This document shows, piece by piece, positions 27,300-36,220 of a stretch of DNA of 36,220 nt. The first letter of the stretch is position 1, and every line of letters begins with the position of its first letter. The DNA is from Acidimicrobiia bacterium (GTDB lineage Bacteria > Actinomycetota > Acidimicrobiia > Spongiisociales > JAENVV01). A model generated the notes under the pieces. That model was not told where the DNA came from and ran no database searches. It saw only the letters and a program-made list of their open reading frames with translations. The stretch spans positions 1-36,220 of the forward strand of contig JBFGJH010000030.1 in assembly GCA_041577335.1 (NCBI GenBank), given 5' to 3'. A program made the translations under genes and the position numbers.

Positions 27300-28627
27300 T
27301 CGTGGCTGACGAAGACAACCCTGCTCTGCCATTCGACGAAGATGCCGACGACACGGTGGAGCTCGCCGACTTCATCCAGGAGGGACCTGGCCCCGACAGC
27401 GGCCTCGAGGATCACCTGAGCCGCGACAACGAACCCGGCAGTGATGCCGAAAAGCCCGAAACGGTCGAGATCGGCCGTGTCGAGGCTCCGATCGCCCCCG
27501 TGTCGTGGGTCACCGATTCTGGGAGGCGCCCAGAGCCAGCTCAGGACCTCGAAGGCGACGCCCCCGTGGTCGGAGAGCCTGCTGTGGCTGCCGAAGAAGA
27601 GTGGCATGCCGGCCCGTCGGTGCTCGACGATTTCACCAACGACGACTACGTCGCTGCCACAACCCGGGAGTACCAGGGTCTCGCCGAATCTGTTCGGGAG
27701 TCCGAAACCCAACAACACGAGCTCCAGGCCGTAGCGGCAACAATGCCCGGTCTCGATGGCGGCTTGGTCGGCTTCGAAGATGTAACCGGAGACACGGTCG
27801 CGGCTCCCCCGTTGCAGCCGCGCAGGACAGACCTCACGTCCCGGGTGGTCACTGCTCTTGTTTTGCTGGGACTCCTGTTGGGCAGTCTCTGGGCAGGCGG
27901 CGGATGGTTTGTAGTCCTGGCGACGGCGGTGACGGTATTGGCGCTCGGCGAGTTCTATGCCGGCGTTCGTCGACTTGGCTATGCTCCCGTGGCCCTCTTT
28001 GGACTGTTGGGAGCGATCGCGGCCATGGTCAGCGGATGGCTTTCTGGACCGGGGGGTCTGGCCGGAGCCGTGGCGGTGTTCGTCATGTTCATCCTGCTGT
28101 GGTACTCGGTATTGGTGCGCCGAAACCCACTGCAAAATGCCGCCATCACCATCTTCGGGTTTGTATGGATTGCCGGCTCGCTGGCGTTCGCGGCAGCAAT
28201 CGCCGCTTCTCCCGACTACGTCGCGCTGATCGTCGGGCTCGTGTTGGTGGCCGCGGCGCTCGATGTTGGATCCTATTTCGTGGGCCGGTCACTCGGTAGG
28301 CGTCAGTTGGCCCCGATACTGTCACCCAAGAAGACGCTCGAGGGTCTCGTCGGCGGTGTCGCTTTGGCCTTTCTCGTGGCGGTGATCGTGGCGGTCATTC
28401 CGTTCTTTGACCCCATTGACATGTCCGGAGCGTTGTGGATGGCACTGGCAGTGGGAGTCGTGTCGCCGCTCGGCGACCTCGCCGAGTCGATGGTCAAACG
28501 ATCTCTGGGCCTCAAAGACATGGGGTCCATCTTGCCTGGTCATGGCGGATTACTCGACCGAATCGACGGATTGCTTTTTGCCGTTCCGACCGGCTATTTC
28601 GTCTACGCGGCACTGGGGTATTTCTAG
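27296..28627 (+). CDS. cdsA: Phosphatidate cytidylyltransferase with acidic N-terminal extension
   Basis: SPKKTLEG and GDLAESMVKRSLGLKDMGSILPGHGGLLDRIDG. Confidence 0.95.
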   Translation: MIVADEDNPALPFDEDADDTVELADFIQEGPGPDSGLEDHLSRDNEPGSDAEKPETVEIGRVEAPIAPVSWVTDSGRRPEPAQDLEGDAPVVGEPAVAAEEEWHAGPSVLDDFTNDDYVAATTREYQGLAESVRESETQQHELQAVAATMPGLDGGLVGFEDVTGDTVAAPPLQPRRTDLTSRVVTALVLLGLLLGSLWAGGGWFVVLATAVTVLALGEFYAGVRRLGYAPVALFGLLGAIAAMVSGWLSGPGGLAGAVAVFVMFILLWYSVLVRRNPLQNAAITIFGFVWIAGSLAFAAAIAASPDYVALIVGLVLVAAALDVGSYFVGRSLGRRQLAPILSPKKTLEGLVGGVALAFLVAVIVAVIPFFDPIDMSGALWMALAVGVVSPLGDLAESMVKRSLGLKDMGSILPGHGGLLDRIDGLLFAVPTGYFVYAALGYF

Positions 28628-29773
28628 ATGCCCAAACCGCTGGTCGTTCTCGGAGCGACCGGTTCAATCGGAACACAGACGCTCGAGGTCGCTCGGCGCC
28701 TTGGACTCCCTGTGGCCGCGGTGGCCGCCCAACGGGCCACGCCGGCACTCCTCGAAGTGGCGCGAGCATGGCCCGCCGCCGCTGTCGTCATCGCAACAGA
28801 CGACGCAGGCGAACGCGACCGTTTTCAGGAAACGCTGGGCCGCCCCGTGCTCTTTGGCCCAGAGTCGGTCGTCGAGGTTGCGGCTCAAACAGATTCGACG
28901 GTGATCAACGGAATCGTCGGCGCCGCGGGGCTTCCGGCCTCTGTCGCAACTCTCGAGGCAGGAAACCGCCTTGCGCTTGCCAACAAGGAGTCGCTCGTGG
29001 CTGGTGGCGAGGTGGTCCTCGCCGCGGCAGAGTCGGGAGGTGGAGAGCTCATCCCCGTCGATTCGGAGCATTCCGCGCTTTTTCAGTGTCTGGTCGGTGA
29101 AGTGGCCGGCTCGGTCGCCCGGTTGGTCCTGACCGCGTCAGGCGGCCCCTTCTTCGGTCGAGATCGCTCCGACCTCGCCGACATGACCGCCGTCGATGCG
29201 CTCGCCCATCCGACGTGGGAGATGGGTCCCCGGGTGACGGTCGACTCGGCGACGCTCATGAACAAAGGTCTCGAGGTGATCGAAGCCCACCACTTGTTTG
29301 GCATCGATTACGAAGCCATCGACGTGATCGTCCACCGCCAATCGATTGTGCACTCGCTCGTCGAGTTCGTCGACGGATCGAGCAAGGCGCAGTTGGGTGA
29401 GCCCGACATGCGAGTGCCGATCCAATACGCCCTCACCTATCCAGATCGGCTCGCCGGAACGCTGCCCCCCCTGGACCTCGCCGACCGGCCGCTCGAGTTT
29501 CACACCCCTGATCGCGATTCGTTTCCGGCCTTGGATTTGGCTTTCGAGGCGGGCCGTCGCGGGGGTTCCGCCCCGGCAATCTTGAACGCCGCCGACGAGA
29601 TCGCCGTCGAAGCTTTTATCGACGGTCGCATTGGGTTTCTCGAGATCGTCGAGATCGTCGAACGAACGCTCGAGGCCGTCCCACACCGCGAGCTCGAGAC
29701 GGTCGCCGACGTGCTCTCAGCCGACGGCGACGCGCGCACAATGGCACTCTCGATGATTTCAGGTTCGTGTTAA
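28628..29773 (+). CDS. dxr: 1-deoxy-D-xylulose 5-phosphate reductoisomerase
   Basis: LGATGSIGTQ, LANKESLV, PVDSEH, LTASGGPF and NKGLEVIEAH. Confidence 0.98.
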   Translation: MPKPLVVLGATGSIGTQTLEVARRLGLPVAAVAAQRATPALLEVARAWPAAAVVIATDDAGERDRFQETLGRPVLFGPESVVEVAAQTDSTVINGIVGAAGLPASVATLEAGNRLALANKESLVAGGEVVLAAAESGGGELIPVDSEHSALFQCLVGEVAGSVARLVLTASGGPFFGRDRSDLADMTAVDALAHPTWEMGPRVTVDSATLMNKGLEVIEAHHLFGIDYEAIDVIVHRQSIVHSLVEFVDGSSKAQLGEPDMRVPIQYALTYPDRLAGTLPPLDLADRPLEFHTPDRDSFPALDLAFEAGRRGGSAPAILNAADEIAVEAFIDGRIGFLEIVEIVERTLEAVPHRELETVADVLSADGDARTMALSMISGSC

Positions 29774-29805
29774 CCTGACCTTGTCAGACCGGGGAGTTAT
29801 TCGAC

Positions 29806-30909
29806 GTGCTCGGCGGTTTTCTCGCGATTGCAGCTCTCATATTCTTCGTCATGGCCCACGAGGCGGGCCACTTCATCGCGGCCAAGTTGACGAACATGAA
29901 GGCCACCCAGTTCTTCTTCGGGTTCGGCCCCAAAATCTTCTCGGTGCGGCGGGGCGAGACCGAATATGGCGTCAAGGCAATCCCGGCCGGCGGGTACGTC
30001 CGCATCATCGGTATGAACCCATACGAGGATGTCGATCCAGCCGATATCGGCCGCACGTATCGGGAGAAGAAGTTCTGGGAGAAGTCTTTCGTGGTTCTCG
30101 CAGGAGTGGTCGTCAACATGGGCATCGCGGTCCTTCTGCTGTTTGCCATGTTCATGATCTACGGGCAGGTAACCGACGAGGTCACTCCGATTGTCTCGGG
30201 TACCGTCGCCGAAATCGACGGCGTGGCGAGTCCTGCTGTCCAAGCTGGGATCGTGTCTGGCGACCGGATCCTCTCGGTCGCCGGCGTACCCATCGAAACG
30301 TGGGATCAGGTTCCCGATCTCATCCGTCCCCGGGCGGGTGAAGTCGTCGAGATCATCATCGATCGCAACGGCGAAACGATCACGCTGAACCCGGAAATCG
30401 CGAGCGTCACCGACGAAGAGGGAACTCACGGCATGCTGGGCGTTGCGCCCACGCTCGAGATCGAGGATGTTTCAGTGGTCACGGCCATCGGCCTGGCGGG
30501 TCAGACGACGTGGGAGTTCATGAAGCTCTCCTATCAGTTCTTGTGGGACCTGGTGACAGGTCTCGACGATCTGGCCCGCGTCTTCGTGGGGGGCGATCTG
30601 GCCGACGAATCGCGCCCGGTGAGTGTGGTCGGTATTGCCCGGCTCGGGTCACAGTCCGACGCAATCGGCGGCGCTGGTCTGCTTTCGATGATGGCCGGAG
30701 TGAACATCATCCTTGCCATCATGAACTCCTTGCCCGTCTTTCCCCTCGACGGGGGGCACTTCGCCGTTGCGTTGGTGGAGAAGGTCACCAGACGTTCCGT
30801 CGACATCAAGTACCTCGTTCCCGTGGCGGCGGCGGTGATCCTGCTCTTCGTGTTCCTCGGTGTGGTTTCGGTCTATCTCGACATCGTCGACCCGTTTGTC
30901 CTGAACTGA
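29806..30909 (+). CDS. rseP: M50 site-2 metalloprotease with PDZ domain
   Basis: HEAGH, GGYVRI, central PDZ (SPAVQAGI..GDRIL) and NSLPVFPLDGGH. Confidence 0.93.
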   Translation: MLGGFLAIAALIFFVMAHEAGHFIAAKLTNMKATQFFFGFGPKIFSVRRGETEYGVKAIPAGGYVRIIGMNPYEDVDPADIGRTYREKKFWEKSFVVLAGVVVNMGIAVLLLFAMFMIYGQVTDEVTPIVSGTVAEIDGVASPAVQAGIVSGDRILSVAGVPIETWDQVPDLIRPRAGEVVEIIIDRNGETITLNPEIASVTDEEGTHGMLGVAPTLEIEDVSVVTAIGLAGQTTWEFMKLSYQFLWDLVTGLDDLARVFVGGDLADESRPVSVVGIARLGSQSDAIGGAGLLSMMAGVNIILAIMNSLPVFPLDGGHFAVALVEKVTRRSVDIKYLVPVAAAVILLFVFLGVVSVYLDIVDPFVLN

Positions 30910-32114
30910 TGTACGAACGCCGACTAACTCGTCGTATCTCGGTCGGCGACGTCCCGGTGGGTGGTGGGGCTCCTATCACGGTTCAGTCCATGACAACCAC
31001 CAAGACGGCGGACGTCGATGGGACGCTCGCCCAGGTGTACGCTCTGGCGGGAGCGGGCGCAGATATCGTCCGGATCACCTGCAACGATGTTGAGGCCGCC
31101 CAGGGTCTCGCCGAGATCGTTCCCCGATCGCCGGTTCCCGTCGTTGCCGACATTCATTTCCAGTACCGGCTTGCTCTCGCCGCACTCGAGGCCGGTGTGG
31201 CCGCGCTACGCCTCAATCCGGGCAACATTCGCAACGAAGCTCACATCAAGGAGGTCGCCAGGGCAGCCAACGAACGCGGTGTTCCTATCCGGGTTGGCGT
31301 AAACGGCGGCTCGCTCGACAAAGACCTCCTCGAAAAGCACGGCAGCGCAACTCCCCAAGCGCTGGTCGAATCGGCGCTGAAGGAGATTCGCTACCTCGAA
31401 GAGGTCGACTTCACAGCGATCAAGATCTCCGTGAAGCACTCTCACGTGCCGTCGATGGTCGATGCCTATCGGCTGCTCGCCGATACGGTGGACTACCCCC
31501 TCCACCTCGGCGTCACCGAAGCGGGCCCGCCTCCCGGTGGTCTCATCAAGTCGGTGGCCGGCATCAGCACCCTCCTCAACGAGGGGATCGGCGACACGAT
31601 CCGGTTTTCTCTGACCGCCGATCCAGTGGAAGAGGCCAAGGCCGGCCGTCAGCTCCTCGAATACCTGGGTCTCCGCGAGCGGAAGGGCCTCGACCTCATC
31701 GCTTGCCCGTCGTGCGGACGAGCAGAAGTCGACGTCATCGAAGTCGCCACTTCGGCCCAGGCAGCGCTGGAAAAGGCAAACCTCCCGATCCAGGTCGCCG
31801 TGATGGGTTGTGTCGTCAACGGCCCCGGCGAGGCGCGCGACGCCGACATCGGCATCGCGGCGGGGAAGGGCAAGGGCCACCTGTTCATCAAGGGCCAAGT
31901 AGTGCGCGTCGTGCCTGAGTCCGAGATGGTCGACGCACTCATCGAAGAAGCGCACAAGCTCGTCGATGAGGGTGTCGAAGCCCGTTTGGAGGCCGCCGAC
32001 GCCAACGCCGAGCTGATCGCCGCACAGACGAGAGAACAACTCATCGAGATCCAGGGTGATGCCAACGATGCAGCCGCCCGTCGAGCCGCCGTAGCGCGGA
32101 CGGCCGGCGCCTGA
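30909..32114 (+). CDS. ispG: HMBPP synthase
   Basis: VQSMTTT, ADIHF, RLNPGNI, LHLGVTEAG, CPSCGR and MGCVVNGPGE. Confidence 0.98.
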   Translation: MYERRLTRRISVGDVPVGGGAPITVQSMTTTKTADVDGTLAQVYALAGAGADIVRITCNDVEAAQGLAEIVPRSPVPVVADIHFQYRLALAALEAGVAALRLNPGNIRNEAHIKEVARAANERGVPIRVGVNGGSLDKDLLEKHGSATPQALVESALKEIRYLEEVDFTAIKISVKHSHVPSMVDAYRLLADTVDYPLHLGVTEAGPPPGGLIKSVAGISTLLNEGIGDTIRFSLTADPVEEAKAGRQLLEYLGLRERKGLDLIACPSCGRAEVDVIEVATSAQAALEKANLPIQVAVMGCVVNGPGEARDADIGIAAGKGKGHLFIKGQVVRVVPESEMVDALIEEAHKLVDEGVEARLEAADANAELIAAQTREQLIEIQGDANDAAARRAAVARTAGA

Positions 32115-32219
32115 ACGCTCGCCGGCTGCTCGAGTGCACCGGTGCCCAGGCTGGTTGGCCGGCCGGCGCCGAGCGAATGGGGCCTGGGCAGTTGCCGCGC
32201 GCCGCTAACCTCCGCTGAC

Positions 32220-33914
32220 ATGCGCTGGTCCCACGCTTTTGTTCCGACGCTCCGAGACGATCCGGCCGAGGCGGTTGCGCCGAGTCACCGACTCCTCGTC
32301 CGAGCGGGCTTCATCCGTCAGCTGATGTCGGGCTCGTACTCGCTACTTCCCGCGGCGATGCGGGTGCGCGCCAAGGTGATGCAGATCATCCGAGAAGAAA
32401 TCAACGCCATCGGTGGGCAGGAGTTTCTGCTCCCGGCGCTCCATCCTGCCGAGATCTGGCGGGAGTCCGGTCGATGGGACGTGATGGGCGAAGAGATGTT
32501 CCGCCTGCACGATCGGAAAGGCGCCGAACTCGCACTGGGAATGACACACGAAGAGATCTTTACGACATTGGCTCTCGAGCTTCGTTCCTATCGCGACCTC
32601 CCGCAGCTGTGGTACCAGATCCAGACCAAATTCCGGGACGAGCCCCGCCCCAAGTCAGGGGTGCTCCGGGTGCGCGAGTTCACCATGAAGGACTCGTATA
32701 CATTCGACGTCGACGATGCCGGCCTCGATGTTCAATTCGAGCGTCACCGCGTCGCATACCTGAATATCTTCCGTCGCTGTGGCATGGACCCGGTGATGGT
32801 TGAGGCGTCTTCGGGTGCCATGGGAGGGTCCGGGTCCGTCGAATTCATGGTGTTCTCCGACAGCGGCGAAGACGAGATCGTCACCTGCGAATGCGGGTAC
32901 GCCGCCAACTTGGAAACGGCGACGAGTGTTTCCGCCCCGGTTGACGATCCTGTCGCGGCCACCATCGAGAAATTCCCCACTCCCGGCGTCCGCACCATCA
33001 AGGCCCTGGCCGATTTCGACAGCGGTGCTCCTGCCGATCGCCAGATCAAGACGTTGGTCTACGAGATCGATGGAGAGCTCAGCCTCGTGCTCTTGCGAGG
33101 AGATCACGACCTCATGGAGCAGAAGCTGCGCGACCACACCGGTGCCGCCTCCGTGGAGCCCGCCTCGCCCGAGGTGATCTACGAGTCACTCGGGGCGGCC
33201 CCCGGCTCCCTCGGGGCCGTCGGTGTGGATGGTCTGACGGTCCTTGCCGATAAGGCATTGGCCGGGCGACGCGGACTGACAACCGGCGCCAACGAAGACG
33301 ACTTTCACCTCCGCAATGTCGACGTCGAGAGAGACATCACAGTCGACGAATGGGTGGACCTACGGACGGTGAAACCCAGCGATGCCTGTATCGAATGCGG
33401 CCGGCCGCTGCGCATCGACCACGCCATCGAGGTTGGCCATATCTTCAAGCTGGGAACCAAATACGCCGAGATCTTGGGCGCCACGGTCCTCGACGCAGAT
33501 GGCAATGAGGCAGCGATCCGGATGGGCTCATACGGCATCGGTGTCGAACGGGCCATTGCGGCCGTTGTCGAATCATCGCACGACGAATCGGGCATCGTGT
33601 GGCCCGTGACCGTCGCCCCCTATCACGTGGTGGTGACTGTGCTCCGCATCCAGGATGAGGCAACCCGTGCGGCCGCGGAAGGTCTGTACGAAGATCTCGT
33701 CGCAGCAGGGGTGGAAGTCATCCTCGACGACCGCGACGAACGGCCCGGAGTGAAGTTCGCCGATGCCGAGCTCGTCGGGGTCCCATTTCGCCTCACCGTT
33801 GGGCCCCGCGGCATCGAAAACGGGACGGTGGAACTCACCGTCAGAGCGACTGGCGTAACCACCGAAATCCCACTCAGGGAAACGGTTTCGACGGTCTCGG
33901 ACCTGCTTCCCTGA
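32220..33914 (+). CDS. proS: Proline--tRNA ligase (bacterial type, with editing insertion)
   Basis: SHRLLVRAG, QIQTKFRDEPRP, REFTMKDSY, EVGHIFKLG and MGSYGIGV. Confidence 0.98.
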   Translation: MRWSHAFVPTLRDDPAEAVAPSHRLLVRAGFIRQLMSGSYSLLPAAMRVRAKVMQIIREEINAIGGQEFLLPALHPAEIWRESGRWDVMGEEMFRLHDRKGAELALGMTHEEIFTTLALELRSYRDLPQLWYQIQTKFRDEPRPKSGVLRVREFTMKDSYTFDVDDAGLDVQFERHRVAYLNIFRRCGMDPVMVEASSGAMGGSGSVEFMVFSDSGEDEIVTCECGYAANLETATSVSAPVDDPVAATIEKFPTPGVRTIKALADFDSGAPADRQIKTLVYEIDGELSLVLLRGDHDLMEQKLRDHTGAASVEPASPEVIYESLGAAPGSLGAVGVDGLTVLADKALAGRRGLTTGANEDDFHLRNVDVERDITVDEWVDLRTVKPSDACIECGRPLRIDHAIEVGHIFKLGTKYAEILGATVLDADGNEAAIRMGSYGIGVERAIAAVVESSHDESGIVWPVTVAPYHVVVTVLRIQDEATRAAAEGLYEDLVAAGVEVILDDRDERPGVKFADAELVGVPFRLTVGPRGIENGTVELTVRATGVTTEIPLRETVSTVSDLLP

Positions 33915-33949
33915 CACCTGGCGTGGCGTGATCGCGGTTCGAATCCGCA

Positions 33950-33979
33950 TTGTCCAATGCGTTGATCGTTCGATATACT
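33950..33979 (+). promoter_or_regulatory. Promoter of rimP-nusA-infB
   Basis: TTGTCC-N18-TATACT. The -35 sits inside the palindrome CGCATTG-TC-CAATGCG (33946-33961). Confidence 0.55.
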
Positions 33980-34009
33980 CGCGTCGACAATTTTGAAGGA
34001 CTCTCGCTG

Positions 34010-34036
34010 GAAGTGGGCCCTCAGCCCGCTTCTTTT
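34010..34036 (+). promoter_or_regulatory. rimP leader hairpin/attenuator
   Basis: GAAGTGGGC-cctca-GCCCGCTTC-TTTT upstream of rimP, matching the known GUGGGC...GCCCAC-U-tract rimP leader. Confidence 0.8.
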
Positions 34037-34067
34037 GGTGAACAGGGTCAATAAATGGAGGTGGAGC

Positions 34068-34547
34068 GTGGTTGACGCTCCCGAGGAGTTGTGGAACGTG
34101 ATTGCCGGGTACTTGGAAGCGGAACGCTTGGAGCTCGACGACGTCGAGATCCTTGGTTCGCACAATAAGGGCCGAATTGTTCGCGTGACGGTTGACGAGG
34201 TGGGCCTAGAGCGCCTCACCGACTTGTCGCGCGGCGTGTCGCGTCTTCTCGATGAGCATGACGTCGTCGCCGGCGGCTACACCCTCGAGTTGAGCTCACC
34301 CGGCCTCGAACGGAAGCTGCGACGGCCGTCGCATTGGAAAAAGGTGATCGGCCGCGAGGTGACCGTGAAGACTCGAGACGAGATAGACGGTAGCCGGCGA
34401 CATGACGGAATCGTCGTCGATGCCGGTGATGAGTCCGCAGATGTTGAAGTTCAAGGCGGGCGCCGCCGGATCCCATATTCACAGGTGACCTCTGCGAGAA
34501 CCGTATTCCGGTGGGAAAAGACTGCCAAGCCAGGTCAGAAGAGGTAG
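34068..34547 (+). CDS. rimP: Ribosome maturation factor RimP
   Basis: SRGVSRLLD and YTLELSSPGLERKL. SD GGAGG, position before nusA. Confidence 0.96.
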   Translation: MVDAPEELWNVIAGYLEAERLELDDVEILGSHNKGRIVRVTVDEVGLERLTDLSRGVSRLLDEHDVVAGGYTLELSSPGLERKLRRPSHWKKVIGREVTVKTRDEIDGSRRHDGIVVDAGDESADVEVQGGRRRIPYSQVTSARTVFRWEKTAKPGQKR

Positions 34548-34558
34548 GAGGCCATCCA

Positions 34559-35923
34559 ATGAGAATGGACGCACAGGTCATGGAAGCCCTCGAAGTGCTC
34601 GGGGCGGAACGTGGCGTGTCGGTCGAGACGATTCTCGACGCCTTGGCCAATGCTCTGGTGTCGGCGTACAAACGCAGCCCTGGCGCTGCCGAAGAGGCGC
34701 GAGTGATCATCGATCCCGATACAGGCGACATCATCGTGTACGCCCAGGACCTCGACGAAGACGGCAACGTCACCAAAGAGTGGGAAGACACTCCCGACGA
34801 TTTCGGCCGCATCGCCGCCCAGACCGCCAAACAGGTCATCGCCCAACGCCTGCGAGAAGCGAAGCGTGACCAGGTCTTCGATCTCTATGAGGGGCGCGAA
34901 GGCGACCTCGTCACCGGCATCATCCAGCAAGTCGACCACCGGTACAGCATCCTCGACCTCGGAGACGCAGAAGCATTGATGCCCGGGTCGGAACGAATTC
35001 CCTACGAGCGCCTCGATCGCGGTGCTCGCGTGAAAGCTCTGATCCTCGAAGTGCGCAACGAGGCCAAAGGTCCTCAGATCGTCGTCAGCCGCAGCCACCC
35101 AGATTTTGTCCGCAGACTTCTCGAGCTCGAAGTCCCCGAGCTCATCGACGGAACCATCGAAATCCAAGCCATTGCTCGTGAGGCCGGCCATCGCACCAAG
35201 ATCGCCGTGTCGTCGAACGATCCCAACGTCGATCCGAAAGGTGCCTGCGTCGGAGCGCGTGGTTCTCGCGTCCGCCAGGTGGTCAACGAATTGCGCGGCG
35301 AGAAGGTCGATGTGGTCGAGTGGCGGGAGGACACTGCCCAGTTCATTGCCGAGGCACTCGGCCCGGCCAAGGTTCAAGAGGTCAAGATCGACGACGAGAC
35401 CCAAACCGCGACGGTCATCGTGAGCGAGCACCAGCTCTCCCTCGCGATCGGCAAGGAGGGTCAAAACGCCCGGCTGGCTGCCCGGCTCTCAGGCTATAAG
35501 GTCGACATCCAATCAGACCGGCCCGAGCAGCCCGAACCCGTTGAAGCAGAAGCGCCCGAAGATGGCATCGCCGAAGGCGCGGGCGCCGGAGGCGTGATCG
35601 AGGCCGTTTCGACCGAGGAGACGGCTGAGTCGTCCGACGGCGAGGTAGCTGCCGGAGCCGAGGGCGAAGCCGTTTCAGTCGAGGACACGGCGGAAGCGTC
35701 CGAGGGAGCGGTTGCTGGTGAAGCTGTGGACGAGGTGCCGGCACCGGCCGAAGCCGCCGAGCCGGAGGCCGAGCCGGTCGTGTCAGCAGTCGCTGAGGCT
35801 TCCGATGTCGAAGCCGCTGAAACCGTCGCCGCCGATACGGTCGCTGGGGAAGAAACCGGTGCAGAGGCCGAAGAAGTGGTTGTTGTGTCGGGCGCCGAAG
35901 GCGAAAGCTCAGAAGAGGAGTAA
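34559..35923 (+). CDS. nusA: Transcription factor NusA with acidic C-terminal tail
   Basis: FGRIAAQTAKQVI, VSRSHP, AREAGHRTK, GACVGARGSR and AIGKEGQNARLAA. Confidence 0.98.
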   Translation: MRMDAQVMEALEVLGAERGVSVETILDALANALVSAYKRSPGAAEEARVIIDPDTGDIIVYAQDLDEDGNVTKEWEDTPDDFGRIAAQTAKQVIAQRLREAKRDQVFDLYEGREGDLVTGIIQQVDHRYSILDLGDAEALMPGSERIPYERLDRGARVKALILEVRNEAKGPQIVVSRSHPDFVRRLLELEVPELIDGTIEIQAIAREAGHRTKIAVSSNDPNVDPKGACVGARGSRVRQVVNELRGEKVDVVEWREDTAQFIAEALGPAKVQEVKIDDETQTATVIVSEHQLSLAIGKEGQNARLAARLSGYKVDIQSDRPEQPEPVEAEAPEDGIAEGAGAGGVIEAVSTEETAESSDGEVAAGAEGEAVSVEDTAEASEGAVAGEAVDEVPAPAEAAEPEAEPVVSAVAEASDVEAAETVAADTVAGEETGAEAEEVVVVSGAEGESSEEE

Positions 35924-35932
35924 TACACCAGC

Positions 35933-36220
35933 GTGGCGAAAGTAAGAATCTATGAGCTCGCCAAAGAGCTAGGCATCGAGTCGAAGGAGGTCTTGGAGAA
36001 GGCCAAGGCCCTGGGAATGGCCGTGAAGACGGCGTCCTCCGGCCTCGAGCCTGCCGAAGCCGATCAGGTACGCGGCGCACTGAGTCCCGCGGCCGGGGCC
36101 GGAAAGGCCGCCGACGCGCCTGCGCCGAAAGCTGTCGCCCCTGCCGCCGTTGTCGAGGCAGAGGAAGAGCCGGAAGCCGAGCAAGTGCCACAGCCGGAAC
36201 CCGAGGCCGAGCAGGCGGAG
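35933..36220 (+). CDS. infB: Translation initiation factor IF-2, 5' fragment (runs off the window)
   Basis: GTG start, [31 protein letters not shown]2-N motif, directly after nusA. Not listed in the ORF track. Confidence 0.92.
   Translation, partial: MAKVRIYELAKELGIESKEVLEKAKALGMAVKTASSGLEPAEADQVRGALSPAAGAGKAADAPAPKAVAPAAVVEAEEEPEAEQVPQPEPEAEQAE

Noticed and set aside
29782..29803. PafBC-like motif before rseP (TGTCAG-N10-TATTCG)
   Set aside because: The final -10 T is absent, it is too close to the start, and the GGGGAG inside it is better read as the SD.
32115..32219. T-box upstream of proS
   Set aside because: Too short and has no T-box sequence. Only a TGCCCAGGC/GCCTGGGCA inverted repeat, and proS looks leaderless.
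1..36220. Many long antisense or alternate-frame ORFs in the track
   Set aside because: Expected shadows of high-GC coding sequence, with no motifs or start signals.

Overview
High-GC bacterial chromosome segment, most likely an actinobacterium and plausibly Acidimicrobiia-like (inferred from gene order: DUF2469, yraN-comM-dprA-xerC-whiG-rpsB). From about 15.7 kb onward it is mostly the conserved cluster trmD-rplS-lepB-DUF2469-yraN ... comM-dprA-xerC-whiG-rpsB-tsf-pyrH-frr-cdsA-dxr-rseP-ispG-proS-rimP-nusA-infB(partial). A ~2 kb block of small genes and a hairpin-rich intergenic region separates yraN from comM. The left part is accessory: secreted RTX-repeat and LVIVD/PA proteins, a nucleoside hydrolase, a cupredoxin, an ATP-grasp protein, a decayed GNAT gene, a thiolase, an MFS transporter, a two-component pair and a 702-aa hyper-acidic YbjQ-domain protein. 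I found no rRNA, intact tRNA, CRISPR array or transposase. The best leads are a 270-aa protein of eleven uninterrupted 22-residue amphipathic repeats, a structured-RNA candidate at 19737-19986 between two orphan genes, a PafBC-like promoter on the comM-dprA-xerC-whiG unit, widespread leaderless starts, and a perfect 21-bp duplication in the rpsB leader. All family calls are by eye from motifs; no searches were run.
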